DNA of 64,000 nucleotides, from positions 114,950,001 through 115,014,000 of the forward strand of contig NC_086108.1 in assembly GCF_963921235.1 (NCBI RefSeq), in the 5' to 3' direction. The stretch comes from Mobula hypostoma (lineage: Eukaryota). The notes under the pieces were generated by a model. That model was not told the DNA's origin. It saw nothing but the letters and a program-made list of their open reading frames with translations, and searched no databases. Below, piece after piece: positions 30,001 to 43,482 of this stretch (positions are counted from its first letter, which is position 1; each line of letters starts with the position of its first letter). A program made the translations under genes and the position numbers.

Positions 30001-33000
30001 CGAGGGCTGTGTTGTACACAGTTAGTGAGAGTGACTCCAGGGCAGTGTTGTACACAGTTAGTGAGAGTGACTCCAGGGCAGTGATGTACACAGTTAGTGA
30101 GAGTGGCTCGAGGGCAGTGTTGTACACAGTTAGTGAGAGTGACTCCAGGGCAGTGATGTACACAGTTACTGAGAGTGACTCCAGGGCTGTGTTGTACACA
30201 GTTAGTGAGAGTGACTCCAGGGCTGTGTTGTACACAGTTAGTGAGAGTGACTCCAGGGCAGTGTTGTACACAGTTAGTGAGAGCGACTCCAGGGCAGTGA
30301 TGTACACAGTTAGTGAGAGTGACTCCAGGGCACTGATGTACACAGTTAGTGAGAGTGACTCCAGGCAGTGATGTACACAGTTAGTGAGAGTGACTCCAGG
30401 GCAGTGATGTACACAGTTAGTGAGAGTGACTCCAGGGCAGTGATGTACACAGTTAGTGAGAGTGACTCCAGGGCTGTGTTGTACACAGTTAGTGAGAGTG
30501 ACTCCAGGGCTGTGTTGTACACAGTTAGTGAGAGTGACTCCAGGGCTGTGTTGTACACAGTTAGTGAGAGTGGCTCGAGGGCTGTGTTGTACACAGTTAG
30601 TGAGAGTGACTCCAGGGCAGTGTTGTACACAGTTAGTGAGAGTGACTCCAGGGCTGTGTTGTACACAGTTAGTGAGAGTGACTCGAGGGCTGTGTTGTAC
30701 ACAGTTAGTGAGAGTGACTCCAGGGCTGTGTTGTACACAGTTAGTGAGAGTGACTCCAGGGCAGTGTTGTACACAGTTAGTGAGAGTGACTCCAGGGCAG
30801 TGTTGTACACAGTTAGTGAGAGTGACTCCAGGGCTGTGTTGTACACAGTTAGTGAGAGTGACTCCAGGGCTAGTGTTGTACACAGTTAGTGAGAGTGACT
30901 CCAGGGCAGTGATGTACACAGTTAGTGAGAGTGACTCCAGGGCAGTGTTGTACACAGTTAGTGAGAGTGACTCCAGGGCTGTGTTGTACACAGTTAGTGA
31001 GAGTGACTCTAGGGCTGTGTTGTACACAGTTAGTGAGAGTGGCTCGAGGGCTGTGTTGTACACAGTTAGTGAGAGTGACTCCAGGGCTGTGTTGTACACA
31101 GTTAGTGAGAGTGGCTCGAGGGCAGTGTTGTACACAGTTAGTTAGAGTGACTCCAGGGCTGTGTTGTACACAGTTAGTGAGAGTGACTCCAGGGCAGTGA
31201 TGTACACAGTTAGTGAGAGTGGCTCCAGGGCAGTGATGTACACAGTTAGTGAGAGTGACTCCAGGGCAGTGTTGTACACAGTTAGTGAGAGTGACTCCAG
31301 GGCAGTGATGTACACAGTTAGTGAGAGTGACTCCAGGGCAGTGATGTACACAGTTAGTGAGAGTGACTCCAGGGCTGTGTTGTACACAGTTAGTGAGAGT
31401 GACTCCAGGGCTGTGTTGTACAGAGTTAGTGAGAGTGACTCCAGGGCAGTGTTGTACACAGTTAGTTAGAGTGGCTCGAGGGCTGTGTTGTACACAGTTA
31501 GTGAGAGTGACTCCAGGGCTGTGTTGTACACAGTTAGTGAGAGTGGCTGGAGGGCAGTGTTGTACACAGTTAGTGAGAGTGACTCCAGGGCAGTGTTGTA
31601 CACAGTTAGTGAGAGTGACTCCAGGGCAGTGATGTACACAGTTAGTGAGAGTGACTCCAGGGCTGTGTTGTACACAGTTAGTGAGAGTGACTCCAGGGCA
31701 TTGTTGTACACAGTTAGTGAGAGTGACTCCAGGGCTGTGTTGTACAGAGTTAGTGAGAGTGACTCCAGGGCAGTGATGTACACAGTTAGTGAGAGTGGCT
31801 CGAGGGCAGTGTTGTACACAGTTAGTGAGAGTGACTCCAGGGCAGTGATGTACACAGTTAGTGAGAGTGACTCCAGGGCAGTGATGTACACAGTTAGTGA
31901 GAGTGACTCCAGGGCTGTGTTGTACACAGTTAGTGAGAGTGACTCCAGGGCTGTGTCGTACACAGTTAGTGAGAGTGACTCCAGGGCATTGTTGTATACA
32001 GTTAGTGAGAGTGACTCCAGGGCAGTGTTGTACACAGTTAGTGAGAGTGACTCCAGGGCATTGTTGTACACAGTTAGTGAGAGTGACTCCAGGGCAGTGT
32101 TGTACACAGTTAGTGAGAGTGACTCCAGGGCAGTGATGTACACAGTTAGTGAGAGTGACTCCAGGGCAGTGTTGTACACAGTTAGTGAGAGTGACTCCAG
32201 GGCAGTGTTGTACACAGTTAGTGAGAGTGGCTCGAGGGCTGTGTTGTACACAGTTAGTGAGAGTGACTCCAGGGCTGTGTTGTACACAGTTAGTGAGAGT
32301 GGCTCGAGGGCAGTGTTGTACACAGTTAGTGAGAGTGACTCCAGGGCTGTGTTGTACACAGTTAGTGAGAGTGGCTCGAGGGTTGTGTTGTACACAGTTA
32401 GTGAGAGTGACTCCAGGGCTGTGTTGTACACAGTTAGTGAGAGTGGCTCGAGGGCAGTGTTGTACACAGTTAGTGAGAGTGGCTCGAGGGCAGTGTTGTA
32501 CACAGTTAGTGAGAGTGACTCCAGGGCAGTGTTGTACACAGTTAGTGAGAGTGACTCCAGGGCAGTGATGTACACAGTTAGTGAGAGTGACTCCAGGGCT
32601 GTGTTGTACACAGTTAGTGAGAGTGACTCCAGGGCATTGTTGTACACAGTTAGTGAGAGTGACTCTAAATCTGTGTTGTACACAGTTAGTGAGAGTGACT
32701 CCAGGGCATTGTTGTACACAGTTAGTGAGAGTGACTCCAGGGCAGTGTTGTACACAGTTAGTGAGAGTGGCTCGAGGGCTGTGTTGTACACAGTTAGTGA
32801 GAGTGACTCCAGGGCAGTGTTGTACACAGTTAGTGAGAGTGACTCCAGGGCAGTGATGTACACAGTTAGTGAGAGTGACTCCAGGGCAGTGATGTACACA
32901 GTTAGTGAGAGTGACTCCAGGGCAGTGATGTACACAGTTAGTGAGAGTGACTCCAGGGCTGTGTTGTACACAGTTAGTGAGAGTGACTCCAGGGCTGTGT

Positions 33001-36000
33001 TGTACACAGTTAGTGAGAGTGACTCCAGGGCAGTGTTGTACACAGTTAGTGAGAGTGACTCCAGGGCAGTGTTGTACACAGTTAGTGAGAGTGGCTCGAG
33101 GGCTGTGTTGTACACAGTTAGTGAGAGTGACTCCAGGGCTGTGTTGTACACAGTTAGTGAGAGTGGCTCGAGGGCAGTGTTGTACACAGTTAGTGAGAGT
33201 GGCTCGAGGGCAGTGTTGTACACAGTTAGTGAGAGTGACTCCAGGGCAGTGTTGTACACAGTTAGTGAGAGTGACTCCAGGGCAGTGTTGTACACAGTTA
33301 GTGAGAGTGACTCCAGGGCTGTGTTGTACACAGTTAGTGAGAGTGACTCCAGGGCAGTGTTGTACACAGTTAGTGAGAGTGACTCCAGGGCTGTGTTGTA
33401 CACAGTTAGTGAGAGTGGCTCGAGGGCTGTGTTGTACACAGTTAGTGAGAGTGACTCCAGGGCTGTGTTGTACACAGTTAGTGAGAGTGGCTCGAGGGCA
33501 GTGTTGTACACAGTTAGTGAGAGTGGCTCGAGGGCAGTGTTGTACACAGTTAGTGAGAGTGACTCCAGGGCAGTGTTGTACACAGTTAGTGAGAGTGACT
33601 CCAGGGCAGTGATGTACACAGTTAGTGAGAGTGACTCCAGGGCTGTGTTGTACACAGTTAGTGAGAGTGACTCCAGGGCAGTGTTGTACACAGTTAGTGA
33701 GAGTGACTCCAGGGCATTGTTGTACACAGTTAGTGAGAGTGACTCTAAATCTGTGTTGTACACAGTTAGTGAGAGTGACTCCAGGGCATTGTTGTACACA
33801 GTTAGTGAGAGTGACTCCAGGGCAGTGTTGTACACAGTTAGTGAGAGTGGCTCGAGGGCTGTGTTGTACACAGTTAGTGAGAGTGACTCCAGGGCAGTGT
33901 TGTACACAGTTAGTGAGAGTGACTCCAGGGCAGTGATGTACACAGTTAGTGAGAGTGGCTCGAGGGCAGTGTTGTACACAGTTAGTGAGAGTGACTCCAG
34001 GGCAGTGATGTACACAGTTACTGAGAGTGACTCCAGGGCTGTGTTGTACACAGTTAGTGAGAGTGACTCCAGGGCTGTGTTGTACACAGTTAGTGAGAGT
34101 GACTCCAGGGCAGTGTTGTACACAGTTAGTGAGAGTGACTCCAGGGCAGTGATGTACACAGTTAGTGAGAGTGACTCCAGGGCACTGATGTACACAGTTA
34201 GTGAGAGTGACTCCAGGCAGTGATGTACACAGTTAGTGAGAGTGACTCCAGGGCAGTGATGTACACAGTTAGTGAGAGAGGCACCAGGGCAGTGATGTAC
34301 ACAGTTAGTGAGAGTGACTCCAGGGCTGTGTTGTACACATTTAGTGAGAGTGACTCCAGGGCTGTGTTGTACACAGTTAGTGAGAGTGACTCCAGGGCTG
34401 TGTTGTACACAGTTAGTGAGAGTGACTCCAGGGCAGTGTTGTACACAGTTAGTGAGAGTGGCTCGAGGGCTGTGTTGTACACAGTTAGTGAGAGTGACTC
34501 CAGGGCTGTGTTGTACACAGTTAGTGAGAGTGGCTCGAGGGCAGTGTTGTACACAGTTAGTGAGAGTGGCTCGAGGGCAGTGTTGTACACAGTTACTGAG
34601 AGTGACTCCAGGGCAGTGTTGTACACTGTTAGTGAGAGTGACTCCAGGGCAGTGATGTACACAGTTAGTGAGAGTGACTGCAGGGCTGTGTTGTACACAG
34701 TTAGTCAGAGTGACTCCAGGGCATTGTTGTACACAGTTAGTGAGAGTGACTCCAGGGCTGTGTTGTACACAGTTAGTGAGAGTGACTCCAGGGCAGTGAT
34801 GTACACAGTTAGTGAGAGTGGCTCGAGGGCAGTGTTGTACACAGTTAGTGAGAGTGACTCCAGGGCAGTGATGTACACAGTTAGTGAGAGTGACTCCAGG
34901 GCAGTGATGTACACAGTTAGTGAGAGTGACTCCAGGGCTGTGTTGTACACAGTTAGTGAGAGTGACTCCAGGGCTGTGTTGTACACAGTTAGTGAGAGTG
35001 ACTCCAGGGCATTGTTGTACACAGTTAGTGAGAGTGACTCCAGGGCAGTGTTGTACACAGTTAGTGAGAGTGACTCCAGGGCTGTGTTGTACACAGTTAG
35101 TGAGAGTGGCTCGAGGGCAGTGTTGTACACAGTTAGTGAGAGTGGCTCGAGGGCAGTGTTGTACACAGTTAGTGAGAGTGACTCCAGGGCAGTGTTGTAC
35201 ACAGTTAGTGAGAGTGACTCCAGGGCAGTGATGTACACAGTTAGTGAGAGTGACTCCAGGGCTGTGTTGTACACAGTTAGTGAGAGTGACTCCAGGGCAT
35301 TGTTGTACACAGTTAGTGAGAGTGACTCTAAATCTGTGTTGTACACAGTTAGTGAGAGTGACTCCAGGGCATTGTTGTACACAGTTAGTGAGAGTGACTC
35401 CAGGGCAGTGTTGTACACAGTTAGTGAGAGTGGCTCGAGGGCTGTGTTGTACACAGTTAGTGAGAGTGACTCCAGGGCAGTGTTGTACACAGTTGGTGAG
35501 ATTGACTCAGGGCAGTGATGTACACAGTTAGTGAGAGTCGCTCGAGGGCAGTGTTGTACACAGTTAGTGAGAGTGACTCCAGGGCAGTGATGTACACAGT
35601 TACTGAGAGTGACTCCAGGGCTGTGTTGTACACAGTTAGTGAGAGTGACTCCAGGGCTGTGTTGTACACAGTTAGTGAGAGTGACTCCAGGGCAGTGTTG
35701 TACACAGTTAGTGAGAGCGACTCCAGGGCAGTGATGTACACAGTTAGTGAGAGTGACTCCAGGGCACTGATGTACACAGTTAGTGAGAGTGACTCCAGGC
35801 AGTGATGTACACAGTTAGTGAGAGTGACTCCAGGGCAGTGATGTACACAGTTAGTGAGAGTGACTCCAGGGCAGTGATGTACACAGTTAGTGAGAGTGAC
35901 TCCAGGGCTGTGTTGTACACAGTTAGTGAGAGTGACTCCAGGGCTGTGTTGTACACAGTTAGTGAGAGTGACTCCAGGGCAGTGTTGTACACAGTTAGTG

Positions 36001-39000
36001 AGAGTGACTCCAGGGCAGTGCTGTACACAGTTAGTTAGAGTGGCTCGAGGGCTGTGTTATACACAGTTAGTGAGAGTGACTCCAGGGCTGTGTTGTACAC
36101 AGTTAGTGAGAGTGGCTCGAGGGCAGTGTTGTACACAGTTAGTGAGAGTGGCTCGAGGGCAGTGTTGTACACAGTTAGTGAGAGTGACTCCAGGGCAGTG
36201 TTGTACACAGTTAGTGAGAGTGACTCCAGGGCAGTGATGTACACAGTTAGTGAGAGTGACTCCAGGGCTGTGTTGTACACAGTTAGTGAGAGTGACTCCA
36301 GGGCATTGTTGTGCACAGTTAGTGAGAGTGACTCCAGGGCTGTGTTGTACACAGTTAGTGAGAGTGACTCCAGGGCAGTGATGTACACAGTTAGTGAGAG
36401 TGGCTCGAGGGCTGTGTTGTACACAGTTAGTTAGAGTGACTCCAGGGCAGTGATGTACACAGTTAGTGAGAGTGACTCCAGGGCAGTGATGTACACAGTT
36501 AGTGAGAGTGACTCCAGGGCTGTGTTGTACACAGTTAGTGAGAGTGACTCCAGGGCTGTGTCGTACACAGTTAGTGAGAGTGACTCCAGGGCATTGTTGT
36601 ATACAGTTAGTGAGAGTGACTCCAGGGCAGTGTTGTACACAGTTAGTGAGAGTGACTTCAGGGCATTGTTGTACACAGTTAGTGAGAGTGACTCCAGGGC
36701 AGTGTTGTACACAGTTAGTGAGAGTGACTCCAGGGCAGTGATGTACACAGTTAGTGAGAGTGACTCCAGGGCAGTGATGTACACAGTTAGTGAGAGTGAC
36801 TCCAGGGCAGTGTTGTACACAGTTAGTGAGAGTGGCTCGAGGGCTGTGTTGTACACAGTTAGTGAAAGTAACTCCAGGGCTGTGTTGTACACAGTTAGTG
36901 AGAGTGGCTCGAGGGCAGTGTTGTACACAGTTAGTGAGACTGACTCCAGGGCTGTGTTGTACACAGTTAGTGAGAGTGGCTCGAGGGTTGTGTTGTACAC
37001 AGTTAGTGAGAGTGACTCCAGGGCTGTGTTGTACACAGTTAGTGAGAGTGGCTCGAGGGCAGTTTTGTACACAGTTAGTGAGAGTTGCTCGAGGGCAGTG
37101 TTGTACACTGTTAGTGAGAGTGACTCCAGGGCAGTGTTGTACACAGTTAGTGAGGGTGACTCCAGGGCAGTGATGTACACAGTTAGTGAGAGTGACTGCA
37201 GGGCTGTGTTGTACACAGTTAGTGAGAGTGACTCCAGGGCATTGTTGTACACAGTTAGTGAGAGTGACTCTAAATCTGTGTTGTACACAGTTAGTGAGAG
37301 TGACTCCAGGGCATTGTTGTACACAGTTAGTGAGAGTGACTCCAGGGCAGTGTTGTACACAGTTAGTGAGAGTGGCTCGAGGGCTGTGTTGTACACAGTT
37401 AGTGAGAGTGACTCCAGGGCAGTGTTGTACACAGTTGGTGAGATTGACACAGGGCAGTGATGTACACAGTTAGTGAGAGTGGCTCGAGGGCAGTGTTGTA
37501 CACAGTTAGTGAGAGTGACTCCAGGGCAGTGATGTACACAGTTACTGAGAGTGACTCCAGGGCTGTGTTGTACACAGTTAGTGAGAGTGACTCCAGGGCT
37601 GTGTTGTACACAGTTAGTGAGAGTGACTCCAGGGCAGTGTTGTACACAGTTAGTGAGAGTGACTCCAGGGCAGTGATGTACACAGTTAGTGAGAGTGACT
37701 CCAGGGCACTGATGTACACAGTTAGTGAGAGTGACTCCAGGGCAGTGATGTACACAGTTAGTGAGAGTGACTCCAGGGCAGTGATGTACACAGTTAGTGA
37801 GAGTGACTCCAGGGCAGTGATGTACACAGTTAGTGAGAGTGACTCCAGGGCTGTGTTGTACACAGTTAGTGAGAGTGACTCCAGGGCTGTGTTGTACACA
37901 GTTAGTGAGAGTGACTCCAGGGCTGTGTTGTACACAGTTAGTGAGAGTGGCTCGAGGGCTGTGTTGTACACAGTTAGTGAGAGTGACTCCAGGGCAGTGT
38001 TGTACACAGTTAGTGAGAGTGACTCCAGGGCTGTGTTGTACACAGTTAGTGAGAGTGGCTCGAGGGCTGTGTTGTACACAGTTAGTGAGAGTGACTCCAG
38101 GGCAGTGTTGTACACAGTTAGTGAGAGTGACTCCAGGGCAGTGTTGTACACAGTTAGTGAGAGTGACTCCAGGGCAGTGTTGTACACAGTTAGTGAGAGT
38201 GACTCCAGGGCTGTGTTGTACACAGTTAGTGAGAGTGACTCCAGGGCTGTGTTGTACACAGTTAGTGAGAGTGACTCCAGGGCTGTGTTGTACACAGTTA
38301 GTGAGAGTGACTCCAGGGCAGTGTTGTACACAGTTAGTGAGAGTGGCTCGAGGGCTGTGTTGTACACAGTTAGTGAGAGTGACTCCAGGGCTGTGTTGTA
38401 CACAGTTAGTGAGAGTGGCTCGAGGGCAGTGTTGTACACAGTTAGTGAGAGTGGCTCGAGGGCAGTGTTGTACACAGTTAGTGAGAGTGACTCCAGGGCA
38501 GTGTTGTACACAGTTAGTGAGAGTGACTCCAGGGCAGTGATGTACACAGTTAGTGAGAGTGACTCCAGGGCTGTGTTGTACACAGTTAGTGAGAGTGACT
38601 CCAGGGCATTGTTGTACACAGTTAGTGAGAGTGACTCCACGGCTGTGTTGTACAGAGTTAGTGAGAGTGACTCCAGGGCTGTGTTGTACAGAGTTAGTGA
38701 GAGTGACTCCAGGGCAGTGATGTACACAGTTAGTGAGAGTGGCTCGAGGGCAGTGTTGTACACAGTTAGTGAGAGTGACTCCAGGGCAGTGATGTACACA
38801 GTTAGTGAGAGTGACTCCAGGGCAGTGATGTACACAGTTAGTGAGAGTGACTCCAGGGCTGTGTTGTACACAGTTAGTGAGAGTGACTCCAGGGCTGTGT
38901 CGTACACAGTTAGTGAGAGTGACTCCAGGGCATTGTTGTATACAGTTAGTGAGAGTGACTCCAGGGCAGTGTTGTACACAGTTAGTGAGAGTGACTCCAG

Positions 39001-41205
39001 GGCATTGTTGTACACAGTTAGTGAGAGTGACTCCAGGGCAGTGTTGTACACAGTTAGTGAGAGTGACTCCAGGGCAGTGATGTACACAGTTAGTGAGAGT
39101 GACTCCAGGGCAGTGTTGTACACAGTTAGTGAGAGTGACTCCAGGGCAGTGTTGTACACAGTTAGTGAGAGTGGCTCGAGGGCTGTGTTGTACACAGTTA
39201 GTGAGAGTGACTCCAGGGCAGTGTTGTACACAGTTAGTGAGAGTGACTCCAGGGCAGTGATGTACACAGTTAGTGAGAGTGACTCGAGGGCAGTGTTGTA
39301 CACAGTTAGTGAGAGTGACTCCAGGGCAGTGTTGTACACAGTTAGTGAGAGTGACTCCAGGGCTGTGTTGTACACAGTTAGTGAGAGTGACTCCAGGGCT
39401 GTGTTGTACACAGTTAGTGAGAGTGACTCCAGGGCAGTGTTGTACACAGTTAGTGAGAGTGACTCCAGGGCAGTGATGTACACAGTTAGTGAGAGTGACT
39501 CCAGGGCACTGATGTACACAGTTAGTGAGAGTGACTCCAGGCAGTGTTGTACACAGTTAGTGAGAGTGACTCCAGGGCAGTGATGTACACAGTTAGTGAG
39601 AGTGACTCCAGGGCAGTGATGTACACAGTTAGTGAGAGTGACTCCAGGGCTGTGTTGTACACAGTTAGTGAGAGTGACTCCAGGGCTGTGTTGTACACAG
39701 TTAGTGAGAGTGACTCCAGGGCAGTGTTGTACACAGTTAGTGAGAGTGACTCCAGGGCAGTGTTGTACACAGTTAGTGAGAGTGGCTCGAGGGCTGTGTT
39801 GTACACAGTTAGTGAGAGTGACTCCAGGGCTGTGTTGTACACAGTTAGTGAGAGTGGCTCGAGGGCAGTGTTGTACACAGTTAGTGAGAGTGGCTCGAGG
39901 GCAGTGTTGTACACAGTTAGTGAGAGTGACTCCAGGGCAGTGTTGTACACAGTTAGTGAGAGTGACTCCAGGGCAGTGTTGTACACAGTTAGTGAGAGTG
40001 ACTCCAGGGCTGTGTTGTACACAGTTAGTGAGAGTGACTCCAGGGCAGTGTTGTACACAGTTAGTGAGAGTGACTCCAGGGCTGTGTTGTACACAGTTAG
40101 TGAGAGTGACTCCAGGGCTGTGATGTACACAGTTAGTGAGAGTGGCTCCAGGGCAGTGTTGTACACAGTTAGTGAGAGTGACTCCAGGGCAGTGATGTAC
40201 ACAGTTAGTGAGAGTGACTCCAGGGCAGTGTTGTACACAGTTAGTGAGAGTGACTCCAGGGCAGTGATGTACACAGTTAGTGAGAGTGACTCCAGGGCTG
40301 TGTTGTACACAGTTAGTGAGAGTGACTCCAGGGCATTGTTGTACACAGTTAGTGAGAGTGACTCCAGGGCAGTGTTGTACACAGTTAGTGAGAGTGACTC
40401 CAGGGCTGTGTTGTACACAGTTAGTGAGAGTGGCTCGAGGGCAGTGTTGTACACAGTTAGTGAGAGTGGCTCGAGGGCAGTGTTGTACACAGTTAGTGAG
40501 AGTGACTCCAGGGCAGTGTTGTACACAGTTAGTGAGAGTGACTCCAGGGCAGTGATGTACACAGTTAGTGAGAGTGACTCCAGGGCTGTGTTGTACACAG
40601 TTAGTGAGAGTGACTCCAGGGCATTGTTGTACACAGTTAGTGAGAGTGACTCTAGGGCTGTGTTGTACACAGTTAGTGAGAGTGACTCCAGGGCATTGTT
40701 GTACACAGTTAGTGAGAGTGACTCCAGGGCAGTGTTGTACACAGTTAGTGAGAGTGGCTCGAGGGCTGTGTTGTACACAGTTAGTGAGAGTGACTCCAGG
40801 GCAGTGTTGTACACAGTTAGTGAGAGTGACTCCAGGGCAGTGATGTACACAGTTAGTGAGAGTGGCTCGAGGGCAGTGTTGTACACAGTTAGTGAGAGTG
40901 ACTCCAGGGCAGTGATGTACACAGTTAGTGAGAGTGGCTCAAGGGCAGTGTTGTACACAGTTAGTGAGAGTGACTCCAGGGCTGTGTTGTACACAGTTAG
41001 TGAGAGTGACTCCAGGGCAGTGTTGTACACAGTTAGTGAGAGTGGCTCAAGGGCAGTGTTGTACACAGTTAGTGAGAGTCACTCCAGGGCAGTGATGTAC
41101 ACAGTTAGTGAGAGTGACTCCAGGGCATTGTTGTACACAGTTAGTGAGAGTGGCCCGAGGGCTGTGTTGTACACAGTTTGTGAGAATAACTCCAGGGCCT
41201 GTTGT
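1..41205. repeat. Very long 36-bp tandem repeat (minisatellite/satellite), ~1,140 units, truncated by the left window edge
   Basis: Consensus ACAGTTAGTGAGAGTGACTCCAGGGC(A/T)GTG(T/A)TGTAC is repeated head-to-tail with no spacers. A few recurrent variants occur (GGCTCGAG, TCTAAATC, 35/37-bp units). The array degenerates at ~41,140-41,205. Confidence 0.99.
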
Positions 41206-41295
41206 GCTGTTTGTGTGATTTGTGGGAACTTTGGGAGACCACCATCCTCCTGGATAACCAGATTTTCAGGAGGTTGCATGTCCTCATAGAATGTG

Positions 41296-42405
41296 TTAAG
41301 ACCATAAGATTTAGGAGCTGAAGTAGGCCATTTGGCCCATTGAGTCTACTCCACCATTTCATCATGGCTGATCCATTTTTCCTCTCAGCCACAATCTCCT
41401 GCCTTATCCCCAATCTTCATGCCCTGACCAATCAAGAATCTATAAACATCTTCCTTAAATATATGTAAAGACTTCGCCTGCACAGTCGTTTGTGGCAACG
41501 AATTCCACAGATTCTCCACTCTCTGGCTGAAGAAATTTCTCCTCATCTCCATTCTAAAGGGATGCCCCTCTGTTGAGGCTGTATCTTTGGGTCTGAGTCA
41601 GACTAAATGGTCTATAGTTTCCTTTCTTCAGCCTCTCTCCCTTCTTGAAGAGTGGAGGGAGTGACATTTGCAATTTTCCTATCAGCCGCAGCCATTCCAG
41701 AATCTAGTGATTCTTGAAAGATCATTACTAATGCCTCCACAATCTCTTCAGCCATGTCTTTCAGAACTCTGGGGTAAAAACCATCTGGTCCAGGTGACTA
41801 ATCTACCTTCAGGCCCTTCAGTTTCCCAACAGCCTTCTCTCTAGTTATGGTAACTTCACACACTTCATGCCCCTGGCACCTGGAACTTCCACCATACTGC
41901 CAGGGTCTTCCACAGTGAAGACTGATGCAAAATACTCATTCAGTTCATCCGCTATTTCCCTTGTCCCCCATCACTACCTCTCCAGCATCATTTTCCAGTG
42001 GTTCCATATCCACTCTTGCCTCTATCGAGAAACTTCCGGTATCCTCTTTGGCATTATTGGCTGGCTAACTTCTGTATTCCATCTTTACTTTAATGACTCC
42101 TTTTCCTGGTATTTAAAAGCTTCTCAATCTTCTAACTTCCCATTATTTTTTGCTCGATTATAAGCCCTCTCTTTATGTTGGCTCTGACTTCTCTTGTTAG
42201 CCACAGTAATGTCATATTTCCTTTAGAATACTTCTTTCTCTTATAGATACATGTATCCTGTGCCTTCCAAACTTTTTTCCAGAAATTCCAGCTATTACTG
42301 CTCCGTCGACATCCCTGCCAGTGTTCTTTTCCAATCAATTCTGGCCAACTCCCCTCTCTTGCCTCTGTAATTCCCTTTAGTCCACTGTAATACTGATAGA
42401 ACTGA
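41296..42405 (-). mobile_element. Decayed CR1-type LINE fragment (3' end plus internal ORF2 piece)
   Basis: On the minus strand the 3' terminus has the CR1-like 'aatgggccaaatggcct...tcttatggtctta' end. The internal part is the reverse complement of ORF2 sequence seen on + at 42,450-42,670 and 46,560-47,300. Stops and deletions are present. Confidence 0.8.
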
Positions 42406-42743
42406 ATTTAGCTTTGTTTATAAAGAAAAATAAATGAGGCCAGAAAAATAATAATGAGGGACAAGGAGATGGCAGATGAAATAAATGAGTATTTTGCACC
42501 AGTCTTCACTGTGGAAGACACTAGCAGTGTGCCAGATGTTGTAGTGCGTGAAGGAAGAGAAGTGAGTGCAGATACTACAACAAGAAAGAAGGTGCTTAAA
42601 AATCTGAAAGACCTAAGGGTACATAGGTCACCCGTGCCAGATGACCTGCACCCTGGGGTTCTGAAAGAGGTAGTGTTCGAGCAACACACATCAAAGTTGC
42701 TGGTGAATGCAGCAGGCCAGGCAGCGTCTCTAGGAAGAGGTAC

Positions 42744-42779
42744 AGTCAACGTTTCGGGACGAGACCCTTTGTCAGGACT
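42744..42779 (-). ncRNA. Degenerate minimal hammerhead ribozyme motif (second copy)
   Basis: Minus strand reads AGTC-CTGACAA-A-GGGTCTCGTCCC-GAAAC-GTT-GACT. The GAAAC box and stems are intact; CUGANGA is mutated. Confidence 0.5.
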
Positions 42780-43446
42780 AACTGAAGGAAGAGTTAGTAA
42801 GAGATTTGAAAGGGGGAGGGGGAGATCCAAAATGATAGGAGAAGACAGGAGGGGGAGGGATGGAGCCAAGAGCTGGACAGGTGATAGGCAAAAGGGATAT
42901 GAGAGGATCATGGGACAGGAGGCCCAGGGAGAAAGACGGGGGGGGGGGAACCAGAGGATGGGCAAGGGGTACATTCAGAGGGACAGAGAGAGAAAAAGGA
43001 GAGTGAGAGAAAGCATGTGTGTATATAATAAGTAACAGATGGGGTACAAGGGGGAGGTGGGGCATTAGCGAAAGTTAGAGAAGTCAATGTTCATGCCATC
43101 AGGTTGGAGGCTACAACCTGATGGCATGAACATTGACTTCTCTAACTTCCGCTAATGCCCCACCTCCTCCTCGTACCCCATCCGTTATTTATTTATATAC
43201 ACACATGCTTTCTCTCTCTCTCTCTCCTTTTTCTCCCTCTGTCCCTCTGACTACACCCTTTGCCCATCCTCTGGTTCCCCCCCCCCCCGTCTTTCTCCCT
43301 GGGCCTCCTGTCCCATGATCCTCTCATATCCCTTTTGCCAATCACCTGTCCAGCTCTTGGCTCCATCCGTCCCCCTCCTGTCTTCTCCTATCATTTTGGA
43401 TCTCCCCCTCCCCCTTTCAAATCTCTTACTAACTCTTCCTTTAGTT

Positions 43447-43482
43447 AGTCCTGATGAAGGGTCACGGCCTGAATCGTTGACT
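43447..43482 (+). ncRNA. Degenerate minimal type I hammerhead ribozyme motif (PLE-associated)
   Basis: AGTC-CTGATGA-A-GGGTCACGGCCT-GAAT-CGTT-GACT: stem I AGUC/GACU, core CUGAUGA, stem II, and the GAAA box mutated to GAAU. Confidence 0.55.

Noticed and set aside
1..41205. CRISPR array (36-bp repeat length)
   Set aside because: Units are contiguous with no unique spacers, there are no cas genes, and the context is vertebrate.
1..41205. Telomeric repeat (TTAGTG resembles TTAGGG)
   Set aside because: There is only one imperfect hexamer per unit and no (TTAGGG)n tract.
1..41289. Very long ORFs (up to 1,893 aa) such as (VLYTVSESDSRA)n, (TVYNTALESLSL)n and (CVQHSPGVTLTN)n
   Set aside because: A 36-bp unit that is stop-free in several frames on both strands makes these automatically. 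Recurrent frameshifting units and stop variants interrupt them, and there is no unique domain.
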